Shown here one piece after another: positions 36,690-49,390 of a stretch of DNA of 64,000 nt. How positions within the stretch are numbered: the stretch's first letter is position 1; each line of letters opens with the position of its first letter. A program made the translations under genes and the position numbers. The notes below the pieces were generated by a model. The model had not been told where the DNA came from and did no database searches. It saw only the letters and a program-made list of their open reading frames with translations. The stretch is from Camelus dromedarius (Eukaryota). The stretch covers positions 45,012,001 through 45,076,000 of the forward strand of contig NC_087447.1 of the NCBI RefSeq assembly GCF_036321535.1, given 5' to 3'.

Positions 36690-37135
36690 GTATGCTGTGC
36701 AGAATATCTTGTGTTATCTTCCTCTGGTCTACCCTCCACTGCTTCCCGTCTTGTTCTGGGCCCTGGGACACTGGGCTACATCGACAGACTCCCCTGCCCT
36801 CTCACTTCTGGTTGGATCTGGCAATGAGAAACACCAACAGGAGACTGGAGGGAGGTCAGGGGTTTATTCCTCCAGCTCCCTCCCAGCAGGGTTGCTGCAA
36901 ACTGGCTGTATGTCTCTGCAAGCAGCTTTCTCTGGTTCTGGGTTTCTCTTCTAACCATATTCTCCTCTTGTCCTTTTAGTCCAGGGGTTGTGACGGTAAC
37001 TGCTGTCACTAATCCAGGAACTTCACAAGCACCCGATATTTTCTTACATTTGCCCACACCTTTGAAAGTGGTTTCCGTATTACACTATCCTGAAATTCCC
37101 TAATTCTGGCACATTCTGTTTCCCTCTAGGATTTT
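36690..37135 (+). mobile_element. LTR33/LTR16-like ERVL solo LTR
   Basis: 'cccagcagggttgctgcaaactggctg', 'tcctcttgtccttttagtccaggggttgtgacggtaac', 'gcccacacctttgaaagtgg' and 'attctgtttcc' resemble the LTR33/LTR16 consensus. Confidence 0.6.
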
Positions 37136-38656
37136 GATATGAAAGCATGCAAAACTCTTCTTACTTTTGCCCACATATCTAGCATTACTGACCAACACAC
37201 TGCACCACATACTGCATGGTACAATCATGTCTAAGTGTTTTGAAATATCTAAAAGCATGTTTAACACACCTGCATGACTTATGGTGCTTTTTTGCACAGA
37301 ATGGATATTCCCATTTGGGCCCTGACAAGTAGCTAATAGTCCTTCAAAACTCACATGAGTACATATCCCTCCATGAATCCCTTCTGCTACAGTAAGAGAA
37401 TGATACAGCTTTATCTTAACTCCCTTAGGAAGTATAAACTTGTTTTATAATTATGGGTATGCCTCTTGCCCCACTACACTAGGAAATTTCTGAGTCCTTT
37501 TTTTTTCTCTATATCCAGCATCACTTCTTTATATATACTAGGTCAATAAATAATGTTTGACAAGTAAATAGATAAAGGACTGAATGCAGCAATTGAATTT
37601 TTAATAGACTTGGATAAGTTACCATGGTAGGAAGATAGTGTTTGTTCTTGGAAGTCCTTACAGAAGATCTTTCCTCACCAGATCTATAATCCCTATCACG
37701 TTCTTTTCAATCTGTATATTCCAAGAGATTCTCCTTATTAGCTCTTCAATACATTTATAATCTAATCTATCTATATAGCAAATTTCTATCACTTTCTTGA
37801 TTGGTCACATGCATTTTCTGATTGATTGCTGAGCATTTTTCTCCTCTCTCCTAAGGTTAGGCAATGACACATCCTTTGTCTCCACGTGCTCTGTCTCTGC
37901 CAGCACTAAACTAAACATGGGATGGGTCCTTCTGCAGTGTCTTGATCATGAAATATTACAATCCATACCTTGTCCTTATTTCTCACTTTATGCTAAGTGT
38001 GCCCATGTGAAGATTTCCCTTCTACTCCTTTTAGGGAAAGGCATATCCATGGATCACAGAAGGACTGTTTAAGACCCATTCTAGAAAGCAACTGTTTAAC
38101 TCCATTTTGTATTTATTTGTGCCCCTTCGTGGTGTATAGGATTGGTAGGCATCTTAGTGCTTGCTCCATTATTCCAAAAGAACAACAAGACACTCATTCA
38201 TAAATGCACTCACAAGTACAAACTCATGCTTACGCATATAAGATAACCTAAAACTTTCTGAGGTGGCATGTCAAATTTTAATCTCCAGGTGGCTGGCCCT
38301 AGTATGGTGTGGCCAGTCCTAAGTCTATCATGACCATTGATTCTCTTTAAATTGTTTTACATCCTTAGCAATTAGCATTTTGACTTTCAGAAGAACCTAG
38401 AAACATTTTAGGGAAAGCAGTGGGAGAAGCTCCGTTAAGCTCCTAACAGACACTTCTCTTTCATGCCATTCTCTTACCATAAGTGTCGGCTCTTAGAATC
38501 TATATTCAAAGTTCTAATCTTAGCCTTTCTCATTTCCTGGAGCTCACTTTCCCCCCATTTCCTTCTGTCCTCTCCACCACCTTCATTTTTCATCAGCTCT
38601 ACCCACTACTAGCTTTACTCCCTCATAGATCTACGTTGCTCACCACCGGTTTATAC

Positions 38657-39050
38657 CTTGCAGGTCCTGGTCCTGGAGCCGTTTTGCAAAGGAAGGGTAA
38701 AAACCAGAGAGTGCAGAAACACAGCAAGTAAAAAAAAGACCAAAGAACAAAAGAAGTAGTCCTGGGGTCAGAAAGGACAGACACAACCACAAAGGGGATG
38801 GACATAGGATCATGCTTCCAGTAGAGAAGAACCAACACAGTGCCTGGAGGAGTGGAGTGCAAATGTACTTCCTTGTCCTCTCCAGGGATTCGAGACACGT
38901 TAGAACAGAGAACCTCTGAACCAGAGGGACATATGGGTCTCAGGGCCCAAGGCCCCAAGTCAGTCTAAGATATGAGCAAGAATTAAACCAAACTAACACT
39001 TCCCAGCTTAGGACTTTTACACCCCTGCTCATATTAATGGCGGTTTGGCA
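38657..39050 (-). promoter_or_regulatory. Putative 5'UTR exon and promoter of the OR at 36394
   Basis: Donor AAG|GTATAA (exon end 38657), O/E site TCCCTGGAGA (minus strand, 38888-38879) and a homeodomain-like TAATGG near 39034. Confidence 0.4.
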
Positions 39051-39919
39051 ATTTTGGAATCTAGAATGGTAGCATATCTGAGTCTCAGCAGGGTTTGATC
39101 TAGCTTGATCAGTAATTTGATTAAAAAATAACTCTGGCAAGTGTCAGATTTACCATGTCTCCAGGTCCAGTCTAGAACTCCTAAAACTTCTTGTGCAGGG
39201 ACTGTTTCATTTTATTTTGAATCCTAGCAAAAGCTTATTTCACAGTGTATGATTAATAAATGTCTATTGAATTGAAATGAGCCTGCTTCTAGCTTTAGAC
39301 AATAAACCCTGGCAAAATTTCTCACTGCGGCTGCCATTTTTCTCAGGTGGGAAGAGGTCTCTCTTTTTAGATATTTACTGCAACGTTTAGTCTTGCTTGG
39401 CAGTTCTCTCCATCTTCCCTCAGTAGAGAATCATCACTAACTTTGTGTTCAGCCCATTGTTTAGAGTACAGGCTAGTAATTAACTTGTGTGGGGCAAATA
39501 TCTAACACAACGTACATATAAGTCTGAAAATCATAGATAACCAGCCTGGTATAGTCTTATTCCGCCAACAGGAAAACCCTTCATACAACCTCCCATCCAC
39601 TCAACCAGGAAGTCTACTTTCAATGTCTAGTGGAATTTATCCCTTGTTCCACTCAACTCTTCCTATGTGCTCTTACAAAATACTGAACTGTTCTGGGAGT
39701 GTTTCATTTCCACATCTATGTAAAAGTAACAATAACTTGGGAGTGCTTCATTTAAAGAAGAGCTCTGAGAAATAAGTGGGATAACAACTATTACCTTATT
39801 ATGGATAAAATAAGTCTTTCGCCATGACTACTCATAATTTCCTCTCTGATTAGATTGACTTATAAATCCAGGTGGACTTCCATCATGCAAAATAGGGATT
39901 TCATTCATTACTTAAAACT

Positions 39920-40330
39920 CATTTGTTTCAATTCTTTTATTCAGCAAGTACTTATTGCATACCTGTTAGAGACTAGGAACTTTGCAAGTGATTAGAATGT
40001 GATGGTAAACACAGCAGAAACTAAGCTGGTCCTTGATGACACAATGTAGGGTGTAGACATTAAATAACTATGTGCACAAGCAATTGCCTTATTAGAGTTG
40101 TGATGAGTCCTGAAATGAAAAGAACATTGTGCAGTGAGAATGTGTACAAGAGATATTAATCTAATGTGCAGGGTTAAAGGAGGAATATCCGAGGAAGGAT
40201 TCTTAATTGAAGCCTAAATAGAAATTGCCAAGCAAAGAATAAAGAAAAGCACAGTAGAAGAAACAGGAAGAAATCTGATGCCTCTGAGAAGCTGAAACTT
40301 GGTGAGTATGGTGGTATACTGTCTTAATTT
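39920..40330 (-). mobile_element. L2 LINE fragment
   Basis: 'ttattcagcaagtacttattgcatacctgttagagactaggaactttgcaag..ggtaaacacagcagaa' is the reverse complement of the L2 3' end. Confidence 0.6.
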
Positions 40331-41249
40331 ATTAACAGTAACATCAGTCTGCCCAAACATGGTCATTTTCTACAACTTCTTCAAAATATGGGGCTAACTT
40401 TGTTAAGATTCCTGGAATATTTTTTTCAACAGAGTATATAAGAGAGGCAGTTGAATTTAGAACAAGCTGAGTTTAGAATAAACAAACATTGACTGAAATA
40501 ATATACAATGGAATCTAAATTGGATGGAGAAGAAAGAAAAGAAAGGCAAGAGATGATGGCATGGAGGAAGGGGTTCCTGATGAATTTTGAATATGCATGA
40601 AATCTTTATTGGAGAGCACATGGTATGTCAGGTATTTTCATAAGACAGGGTATAAGAAGATGCCTAAGACTAAGTTTTTGCCTTCAAGGTACTCATAATA
40701 TAGGTGTGGATAGATAATTACACAAGCAAATAAGATGATGGCTTATAATAGTGGCATGAATAAAGCAGCCCCTACATGTGTCTCTTCTAAACTGCCTACA
40801 GAGTATTACAGACAGCAAAAAAATATCACCACTCATAAATACAATGGATCTTATTTTAGAATGATAGTCTTACTCTTTACTTCTTACTCCTAAGGAATTT
40901 AATATGTTCATCTTGATTAAATATATGGCTTTTTTTCCAGTTGAGAGTTTAGGAAATAGGTATTTTTATCCTGGGACAGTTTCTTAAGAGGAGCGTGTAT
41001 GGCTTCTGCTCAACTCCACCCAACACACACCGTATCCACACCAAGTTTGTGGTTCTTTTGTTTCTGTTTTTGTTTTTTGTACAATAACAAAACACTGGCT
41101 ATGATAACACAAAAGAAGAACATCACTCTTGAAATTACTTGCTCAAAGAGTCAGGGAAGAGCAAATTAATTAGAAATAAACATACACCAAGTGTGAATAA
41201 ATGTAAATCAAGTGCAAGGCTCTGATTTTCATGGAAGGTTGCTCTTTTT

Positions 41250-41820
41250 ATTAAAGTCTTCCATTCCCTGCAATGATCCTAAAGACAATACTTATGCATG
41301 ATCTTGAGAACAACTGAACTGTTGAAGAGTTTCAAGATGCAAAGAGACACAATCATATGTGGATAGTAAAATGATTGCTCTGGCTTTTATAGAGAGAGTG
41401 GATTGGATGGAGCAAGGATGTAACTCCTTGAAAAGGATAATTTTGAAATTCTCTCAAAAGAGACAGGTAATAGATAAGGGCCCAGATAGGCTGAAAGACC
41501 ATGACAAAGGTGAGAATATGATGTGTATATCTCCTGTAATGACTTGTGAGCACTTCAGATTCAAATATTCAACTCAAATACTGAGTTCATTTTGTTGGAG
41601 GGTGACTTAGGGGAGATAAGGGGGAAGCCACAGGCTCCTGGTGTTAGACTTCAGGTTTGTGGTGGTGCTATTTACTATAAAGGAAAATAGAAAAGGAAGA
41701 GTATTTTTTAGGGAGGAAGTTAGTGAATTTCTAGGTCAGTTTTGGAGAAATTAAGTTTGAAAAGTTTAGGAACCATTCAAGTGAGTAGATATCTAGGGAG
41801 AAATTGGATAAAGAACTCAA
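41250..41820 (-). mobile_element. L2 LINE fragment followed by a MIR remnant
   Basis: 'gattgctctggct..gagagagtggattggatggagcaagg', 'gtcagttttggagaaattaagtttgaaa' and 'gtgagtagatatc'. Confidence 0.5.
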
Positions 41821-41939
41821 ATTTAGACAGATCTGGGTTTGGATCTTAAATATCTATTTGTCTTTCTGTAGTCTTTGTAAGTCTCTGTTTTATTTCCTCA
41901 TTTGTGAAATAAATTACCTAGTGTTACCTTTTCATAATT

Positions 41940-42090
41940 CTTTTTAAATTAAATCAAATTTTAAATTTTAAAAATTAAATCAAATTTTTAATTCTTAAAA
42001 TTAGACCAAATTTAAAAATTTTTAAATTAAATATAATTTTAAAATACATTTTAAATTAAATGTAATCATTTCAAATTAAGTTAAACTTGT
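41940..42090. repeat. AT-rich low-complexity tract with repeated AAATTAAATCAAATTTT units
   Basis: Almost entirely A/T with imperfect direct repeats. Confidence 0.7.
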
Positions 42091-42685
42091 AAAATATGGG
42101 CCAAGGGTAGTGAAAAAGTTTTGAAGCATGCGATTGAAGAAAACAGATGCAAAAGATAATCAGCTCTATGAAATTTGAGGTGGGTAGGGGAAAAAAAGTA
42201 AAGCAAGTGAAGGACAGAGGAGGAGGGATTAATAACATACAGAATCAGGACTGAAGTGTGAGCTGTAAGTTTGGTAGTCGTAACAGAAAGAATTGATAGC
42301 TACTTAAAAGGGAAGGAGGCTTTGTCTTTGATTCAGAAACTGAGAAACACAGAGGTGAGTTGCATGTTAGAAAATATCTAACCTTCAAATATCTCAAAAT
42401 GAGAAATAGGAAATACATAAACCTTAATCTTAACGCTCTTTTGTACCCATCATCAGCTTCTTCATACAAGTGATGAAAAAACTAAACCAAGAAAATTCTT
42501 GATTTTCTAGACGTCCCAAAGACTTTCTTTCTCCCCTCTCCCTCCTGCTTATTCTTTGTACATGAGTAGAGCTATAAAATTTCAAGTTAAAAGTAGTTAC
42601 AACTATATGCTTATGTCTTCCTGCATTATACAAAAATTCACCTAACTGATTTTACCTAAATATCTCCTTCAGGGGTCCTCCCCAC

Positions 42686-43627
42686 TCATTGTGTCTTCTT
42701 CAAAGTGAAGAGGAGAACGAATTTGTCCTGGATCTGCTTGGTCTTCACACCATAAACTACAGGATTTAGAGCAGGAGGGATGGCCACATAGAGGTTGGCA
42801 AATAGGATGAGCACATTTCGAGGCACACCATGCCCAAAGTGATGCACAAGGTTGGAGAAGAAGGCAGGAGTGTAAAACATGAGGATCACACAGATGTGGG
42901 AGCCACAGGTGCCGAGAGCCTTTTGGCGGGCACCCAGGGATGAGAGTTGAAAGACAGCATGAAAGATGAAGACATAAGAGACAGCAATAAAGATCACATC
43001 TGAGATGACAGTCATGAGAGGCACAGAAAATCCATACCAGATGTTGATGGAGATGTCGGCAGAGGAAAGCCGAGCGACACCTATGTGCTCACAGTATGTG
43101 TGTGGGATGATACGTGTCCCGCAGAAGGGCAACTGTTTCAGCAGAAAAACATCTGGCAGGATGACAGAGAAGCTCCTCACAACGACGCTCACCACGAGCT
43201 TGATAATCACCTGAGGAGTCAGGATTGTGGTGTATCTCAAGGGGAAGCAGATGGCCACATAGCGGTCCAATGCCATGGCCAGCAGGATGGCTGAATCCAC
43301 TACAAAGCTGAAGTGGAGGAAGAACATCTGGGTGAGACAACCAGTGAAGGTTATTTCCTGGGAGCCAAGCCAGAGGTTACTGAGCAGTTTGGGGACTGTG
43401 GCAACAGACAGGATGAGGTCCGTGGTGGCCAGCATAGAGAGGAAGAAAAACATGGGCTCGTGGAGGCTGTCCTCAACTGCAATGAGGTAGAGGAGGGTGC
43501 CATTGCCCGTGATAGCCAGAACGAAGATGACACAAAAGGGAATCCCAATCCAGATGTGGAACTTCTCCAGGCCAGGTATTCCAACAAGGATAAAGGAACC
43601 AGGGTTGTAACAGCTCAAGTTATACAT
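42686..43627 (-). CDS. Olfactory receptor, OR52H subfamily, open, 313 aa
   Basis: ATG at 43627 (MYNLSCYNPGSFILVGIPGLE). OR52H-diagnostic residues FSFVVDSAILLAM, ILPDVFLL, HTYCEHIGVA, ADISINIWYGF and TVISDV. The upstream in-frame extension in the ORF track crosses an acceptor at 43665-43664. Confidence 0.88.
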   Translation of the reverse strand: MYNLSCYNPGSFILVGIPGLEKFHIWIGIPFCVIFVLAITGNGTLLYLIAVEDSLHEPMFFFLSMLATTDLILSVATVPKLLSNLWLGSQEITFTGCLTQMFFLHFSFVVDSAILLAMALDRYVAICFPLRYTTILTPQVIIKLVVSVVVRSFSVILPDVFLLKQLPFCGTRIIPHTYCEHIGVARLSSADISINIWYGFSVPLMTVISDVIFIAVSYVFIFHAVFQLSSLGARQKALGTCGSHICVILMFYTPAFFSNLVHHFGHGVPRNVLILFANLYVAIPPALNPVVYGVKTKQIQDKFVLLFTLKKTQ

Positions 43628-45574
43628 GGTCTTTTCAGTCTGGGATCCACTGGATTCTGAGCCCTGAGAACAAATCAGTATCAGAATGGGCTGTGAAAGA
43701 CAACAATCCCGCTCTGGTGCTGAACTCGTTGAGGACTGCAAGGGTCACATTCAGGGTGCCTGCATGAGAAGGAGAAGCACCTGCTGTCCCCAGGATGAGT
43801 TGGCACCCATAGGTCTAAAGTTGTTGCCCCTTTAGTTTGCCAGTGGCCCCATATCATTTCTTTATACATTTATTAATAAACCATATGAGATGGTTATTTT
43901 TATAGGTCACAAATTTCATGTGATTAAACATAAATAACTGGCCCTTTCTCAATACAGAATATTCAGGATAGGTCCAGGTTCAAAAGGAAAAAAAAATGTA
44001 TGCATGAGGAGGAGGGAGGAGTGTGTGAGGGAAGAAAGGGAGGAGAAGAGAGAGAGAGGAAAGAACATTAAAACTGTTAAATGGGATGAAGAAAGGGGAG
44101 TAATTGATTTGTACACAGTAAATATTGTCTCAGACAATGGGTTTGATAAAATAAACTGAAGAGTTTCAATAAAGTAGCAGATAAAGAAAGGGAAAGGAAA
44201 AAGAAAGAACAGATTCCAGGGCTGTAGGTGGTATGGGAGCTTTTGTTACACAGAGATTGAAATATGGTACAGATTAAGATGTGTGCTTACTGGGCTGTGA
44301 ATATATGAGAAAGCATCTACCAGTAAATGCAAAGGATAAGCGAGCAACATTTCCCTGACTCAGGCAGAGAGCAGTGAGCTCAGAGGATGACCTCAGGGAC
44401 AATGCCAAAGCTTTGGAAGACCTGTTTCCTAACATAAATTGGGAAGACAGCTCTACCCATCAGTGAGCCTAGAAATGCCTCTATAATAGATATCAGCCAG
44501 TGTGATTTAGCCTAGGCAAAGTCAAGCAGAGCAGATTTTCACCTCCTAGAGATGGAAGGAAGAATAATAAAGTTTTGCCCCCATGTTTTTATTTCTGATC
44601 TGCCCATGTTGGACTCCATCTTTGGGAATTTTCAGTTTTGCACTAAATAGAGCCTGCCTTTGGAGGTGACTTTTGCACTGGAAATAGCCTTTGAGTTTTA
44701 CCTCTGTCATGTGATCTATTTTATGAAGTACTTTTGACCTTATACTGGAGAATCCCAGAATAACCTGACCCATCTTTAGACCAGTTTTGAAGAGGCTTAG
44801 TTCTTATCCTCCCCTCAAAATTTACAGAGTCATTCAAAAACTTTAGGGGAAGGAAGTAGATTTTGTGGACAGGTTATAAGAGCTCTATATTATTGCATCT
44901 GGTGGGTATCTGTGGTTTTGTGCACAAGGAGGGAAGAGTGGATTGAGCCATGTAGGATTTTGTGACATCTCTAGCAGAACCCCAGTCAAATTTTACATAG
45001 TGAACTTCTTTCTCTCAGGGGATGGTTTTGTCGTTGCCAGCGTCCTTAATTAACCAAAGTGAACAAAGCATTTACCAAGGAGGTATGTAACTAGTTCCCA
45101 CTGTCCAAAGGTAGCTCCCTGCCCCTTAAGAATGTATGTTCTAAGTGGCATCTCCAGATCTGTTGCAGATGGAACTCTTCCAGGCACTGAGCTTATTAGA
45201 ATAAAGAAAGCAACAGTCTTCGCAAAAACCTCCCTTAAAAGGTTAGCTGCATCATCTTTTGTGGCATGAAGACCAGGTAGACTGAGAAAGCTCTAAAATG
45301 TCTCTGTAATTTAGGCAAGTCAGTTCTTTGGCGCATAGACTCACTGCCTCCTGACAAGAAATGCATTTCCTCGGGGTCACTGGGGTAAAAACATAAAAGG
45401 AGAAAAATAAAACCTCTAATCATTAAAACTACAAAGGGGGATCAAAAAGAAACATCCAAATCAAGGTCTCCTGCTCTAGTCAAAACCTATTCAGACCTCA
45501 GTCTTTTACCCAAAAAGCTCTTCTTTCCTAATGAAGTCCCCACTGTGACCTGTCACAGTAGCTGGTCTGCACTG

Positions 45575-45642
45575 AAGCATTGTGCTGTACACCAGAAACT
45601 GACACAAGATTGTAAACTGACTACACGTCAAAATAAATAAAA

Positions 45643-45685
<43 letters not shown>
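45575..45685 (+). mobile_element. 5'-truncated young L1 3' tail with a (TAAA)n tail
   Basis: 'cattgtgctgtacaccagaaactgacacaagattgtaaactgactacac' followed by about 12 TAAA units. Confidence 0.75.
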
Positions 45686-46620
45686 GAAATCAATAGTTTC
45701 CTTTCCTTTCAGGGTCCAATTACCATGGAGTCATTGGTGTGAGACTGTCTTCCCCCCAAAGTCACATCCTCCAGGGCACAGCCCCAATTTGGACACTAAA
45801 GAAACCTGAGGCTACATTATTTGATTAAAATCGCAGGGTCAGTGGATTTTTGGATATTTCTTCTCCCTGATTAACTATAGTTTTCAACTCACCGAACTCT
45901 GCCTTCTGTCTCTTGCTTCACAGGAGTAGTAGGAGGTAGCAATATGAAGGAAGAAAGTAAAATTTTAGGCTGGAAGAGATTCCGGAGGAGAGGAAAGAAA
46001 ACATTTATGCATTTCCTTACATTCCCAAAAGATAGACCTCAGGCTACGTGGACCTGTCCATTTCCTGTTCCCAGACAAGGAACTGAATCAACCATTTTAA
46101 CTCTTCCCTTGAGATGGAATGTAGCTTGGTGGGTTTAGTGTGCTTTTTATTGGATCCCTAGGAGATTCAGCCTAGACAATTCAGACCCAGTCTGATGAGA
46201 CAGAATTCTCAGTGGCCTTGTACATGTGGTTTTCTTTAATTAGTCTGTTTGTATAATCTCACTAATACTGTACATTTTCAATTAAAGTTTTCTAGTCTTG
46301 ATATTGGCAGGTAAGTGCTCCAACTTTTTTTTCTAAAGAATTTTAGCCATTCTCAGTACTTTGCATTGCCATAAAAGTTTTATAAGCAGCTTCACAACTT
46401 ACAAACACACACATACACACATTTAGAGTTTTAATTTTGATTGCATGGAATCTATATATCAATATGTGAATACTTTGTATGTTTGTAATACTGTATACAT
46501 TTGTATTATAAAAATAGAAACATGATATATGACTCCATTAATGTAATCTTTAAATTTCCTCAAAAATGGGTTAAGATGTAGATATGTTCTTAAAAAATAC
46601 CAATACCCTTTTTTGTTGAA

Positions 46621-47112
46621 TGTAGAATATTTGTTTTCTATAACTGCTATATCAAATTATCACAGACTTTATGCCTTAAAACAACATAAATTTATTATCT
46701 TACAGTTTTGCAGTTCAGAATTCCAGCATGTCTCACTGAGCTAAAATCAAGGTGTTGAGAAAGCAGTGTTCCTTTCTGGAAGTTCTAGAAAGTAATCTGT
46801 TCCCCTGCCTTTCCCAGCATCTAGGAGCCCCCTTTCTCCATCTTCAAAGCCAGCAATGTTACTTCTACCCCTCTTCCATACTCGCATTTCCCTCTGATTC
46901 TCCTCTTCTGTCTTCGTCTTCCCTTCTAAGAAGCTCTGTGATTACATTTGGGTCACTTGGATAATCGAAGAAACTCTCCCTATTTTTAGCTCTACTGAAT
47001 GATTTCATGATATTCATCTGAAACTCAATTCCCCTTTGCTATGTCACCTAACGTTATCACAAGGGTTTAGGATGAGGGCATCATTTAGGTGGCCATTATT
47101 CTGCCTACCACA
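46621..47112 (-). mobile_element. MLT1 (MaLR) solo LTR, inserted in old antisense L1 sequence
   Basis: 'ttaaaacaacataaatttattatcttacagttt', 'ctaaaatcaaggtgttg', 'ctccatcttcaaagccagcaa'; ends 'ggccattattctgcctaccaca'. Confidence 0.8.
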
Positions 47113-47614
47113 CCAGGTTTCACAGTTTGCAAATTAAGTTAATCAATCTCTCTAATCTTGATTAATTTTAATTTGCTAGCTATGTTAATAATAATAGATA
47201 TATTTAATGCCTCATTTGACTGTTAATCTCTTCTTGCTTCTTAGTTAGTATTTTACATATTGAGACTATTTTTACATTCACATAAGTTGCCTATTTTCAC
47301 ATATCCTCGTGGTTTGCAGCATCATTCTGAGTGGGAGACACCCTCTAACTTTTCCTTTGTTACTTCCTTCTTGAGCTCATCCTCCCAGTTACCCCATCCT
47401 CTTCTCCTAGGCACTCTGTCCTGAACCAGAGTTTAATGCGGTAGTTTCTGATCCTGATCCGGTGATGATTTTATGAATATCATAGATCTAGTTTCTTAGT
47501 CAGAAGGAAGATAAGTTTGATTCCTGAGAGCAGAATTGCCCATACTCTCTTACTTTTCTAAGCAAACCACTTTCTAAAAACTTTAAGTCTGGAAAGTAGT
47601 TTGATACCAGGTTT

Positions 47615-47616
<2 letters not shown>

Positions 47617-47668
<52 letters not shown>
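47617..47668. repeat. (GT)26 microsatellite
   Basis: Perfect dinucleotide run. Confidence 0.95.
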
Positions 47669-47669
<1 letters not shown>

Positions 47670-48899
47670 TGTATGTAGATACATTTACATTTTGATGTGC
47701 TTAGTCTACATTTTAGTAAGGAACCCCATCTCTCATTCTTGGTTTCAAGTAGTAACCTCAGTTTAGGTTTTCTACATAAAAGAATTTTTACAAACTTGCA
47801 GAAGCTACTACTTTCTTTTTCTAGATCTGGAACCCAGACTATCTATGGGTCTGTGTTCCTTCTGGCTCATAATCCTTGTTTTATACTTTCTTTTCTGATC
47901 TGCAGGATGTAGGAATGCACCTGTAGGGTCTCAGAGGTGAAGCAACACTCAGGAGAAAAATAATACCATACTTTCCACCTCAGGGAGACTAGATGAGAGT
48001 CTAGTTGGGAGAGTGCATCACTCAAGGAAGCATGGGAAGGGTAGGGGCTGAAGACAATGAGAGTAAAAAAGAGTTGGGATTGGACAACCTGGAGAGATTA
48101 GGGGTAAAAATCAACAGGTTGTCCATTTTCTTAAATCCTAAAAGCTGAGATGTCTGGGCAGAAGTGGCAGGACCTTCCCATCCACCTCTAGGCCCATGGA
48201 GGGGAAGAAGGAGCAGTTCTTGGAGAAGTCACAGGGGCTGCCCCTCAAAATTTGGACGTAAGTTTTCTCAGGTGAAGGGAGGGATTGAAGAGTCAAGTGG
48301 GGCAGTGCAGGGCAGACCTGTCTGAGCTGAGCTCGGACTTCCCCTTGGCCTTCCGGGCAGTCCCAGGGGGACGTGGCTGTGCTGCTGCTGCTGCTGTCCA
48401 TGTTCTCTTAGCCTAGAAGCAGCCGCCACGAGGGCAGCAAATGCCTTCTGAAAGAGGAGGTTTGCAGAAAGGTCCCTACACTGTGCCGTTCTCATTTACT
48501 GACTTCGGCAAGTTGATCTACCTCCAGAGGGGATCTAATTAAGACTTTACACAATCTTTATAAGGCTGCTGGGCAAATGGAGCCTAAAGGACTCTACATT
48601 CTTTTTTTTTCCCATGAAGTTTCAACAACTGGATGCACTGCAGGGTGTTATCAGGGCCAGAGACCCAAAATAGTCACTCAGCTCACAGAAGCCCACTGGC
48701 CATTCCCATTCATTCCTATGAAAAGGCTGGGGAAGAGCTTCTCTAGCTTTCTCCAAACCCCTCTGAGGTAAACAGACCCCCAGTGATTCCCGCGTCCTGG
48801 TGTTCATGATGTTGTGCAATTCCTTCCCCTTGCGAGTGAGCAGAATTTGTGAATTCCTTGTAAGCAACGGAATGTGGCAAAGGTAATGGAATGTCAACA

Positions 48900-49253
48900 G
48901 TATGGTTATGTTACAGTATTTGAGACTGTCTTCCTAGAGTAGTTGTCTTTTCCTGCTACCCTGGAAGAAGTAACAGTCATATTGTAAGCTTCCTATGGAA
49001 AGACACACATAGCAAAGAACTTTGGACAGTCTGTAGCAGCTGAGGGTCTTGGTCCTATAAATGCAAGGAACTGAGTTCTGTCAACAAGCTAAGTTAGCTT
49101 GGACCCAGATCATTCCCTACTCTAACGTGCATCCTAGCTGGGGCCTCGTGTATATTCCAGTGAGAACCTAAAGGAGAGAACCTAGCCAAGCTGTGCTCAG
49201 ATTCCTGAGCCAAAGAAACTGTGACATAATAAATGAATGTTCTTTTAAGCTTG
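48900..49253 (+). mobile_element. MLT1 (MaLR) LTR, 3' end lost at the gap/L1 junction
   Basis: 'aaggaactgagttctgtcaacaa', 'gaacctagccaagctgtgctcagattcctga..gaaactgtgacataataaatgaatgttcttttaagc'. Confidence 0.7.
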
Positions 49254-49390
49254 NNNNNNNNNNNNNNNNNNNNNNNNNNNNNNNNNNNNNNNNNNNNNNN
49301 NNNNNNNNNNNNNNNNNNNNNNNNNNNNNNNNNNNNNNNNNNNNNNNNNNNNNNNNNNNNNNNNNNNNNNNNNNNNNNNNNNNNNNNNNN
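49254..49390. other. Assembly gap or masked run, 137 N
   Basis: N run at the MLT1/L1 junction. Confidence 0.95.

Noticed and set aside
10439-43660. Many 60-154 aa ORFs antisense or frame-shifted over the OR coding regions
   Set aside because: Shadow ORFs expected from GC-richer OR codon usage; no independent signals.
42686-43741. 351-aa N-terminally extended OR52H
   Set aside because: The extension crosses a good splice acceptor (43665-43664); the typical OR start with its N-glycosylation site begins at ATG 43627.
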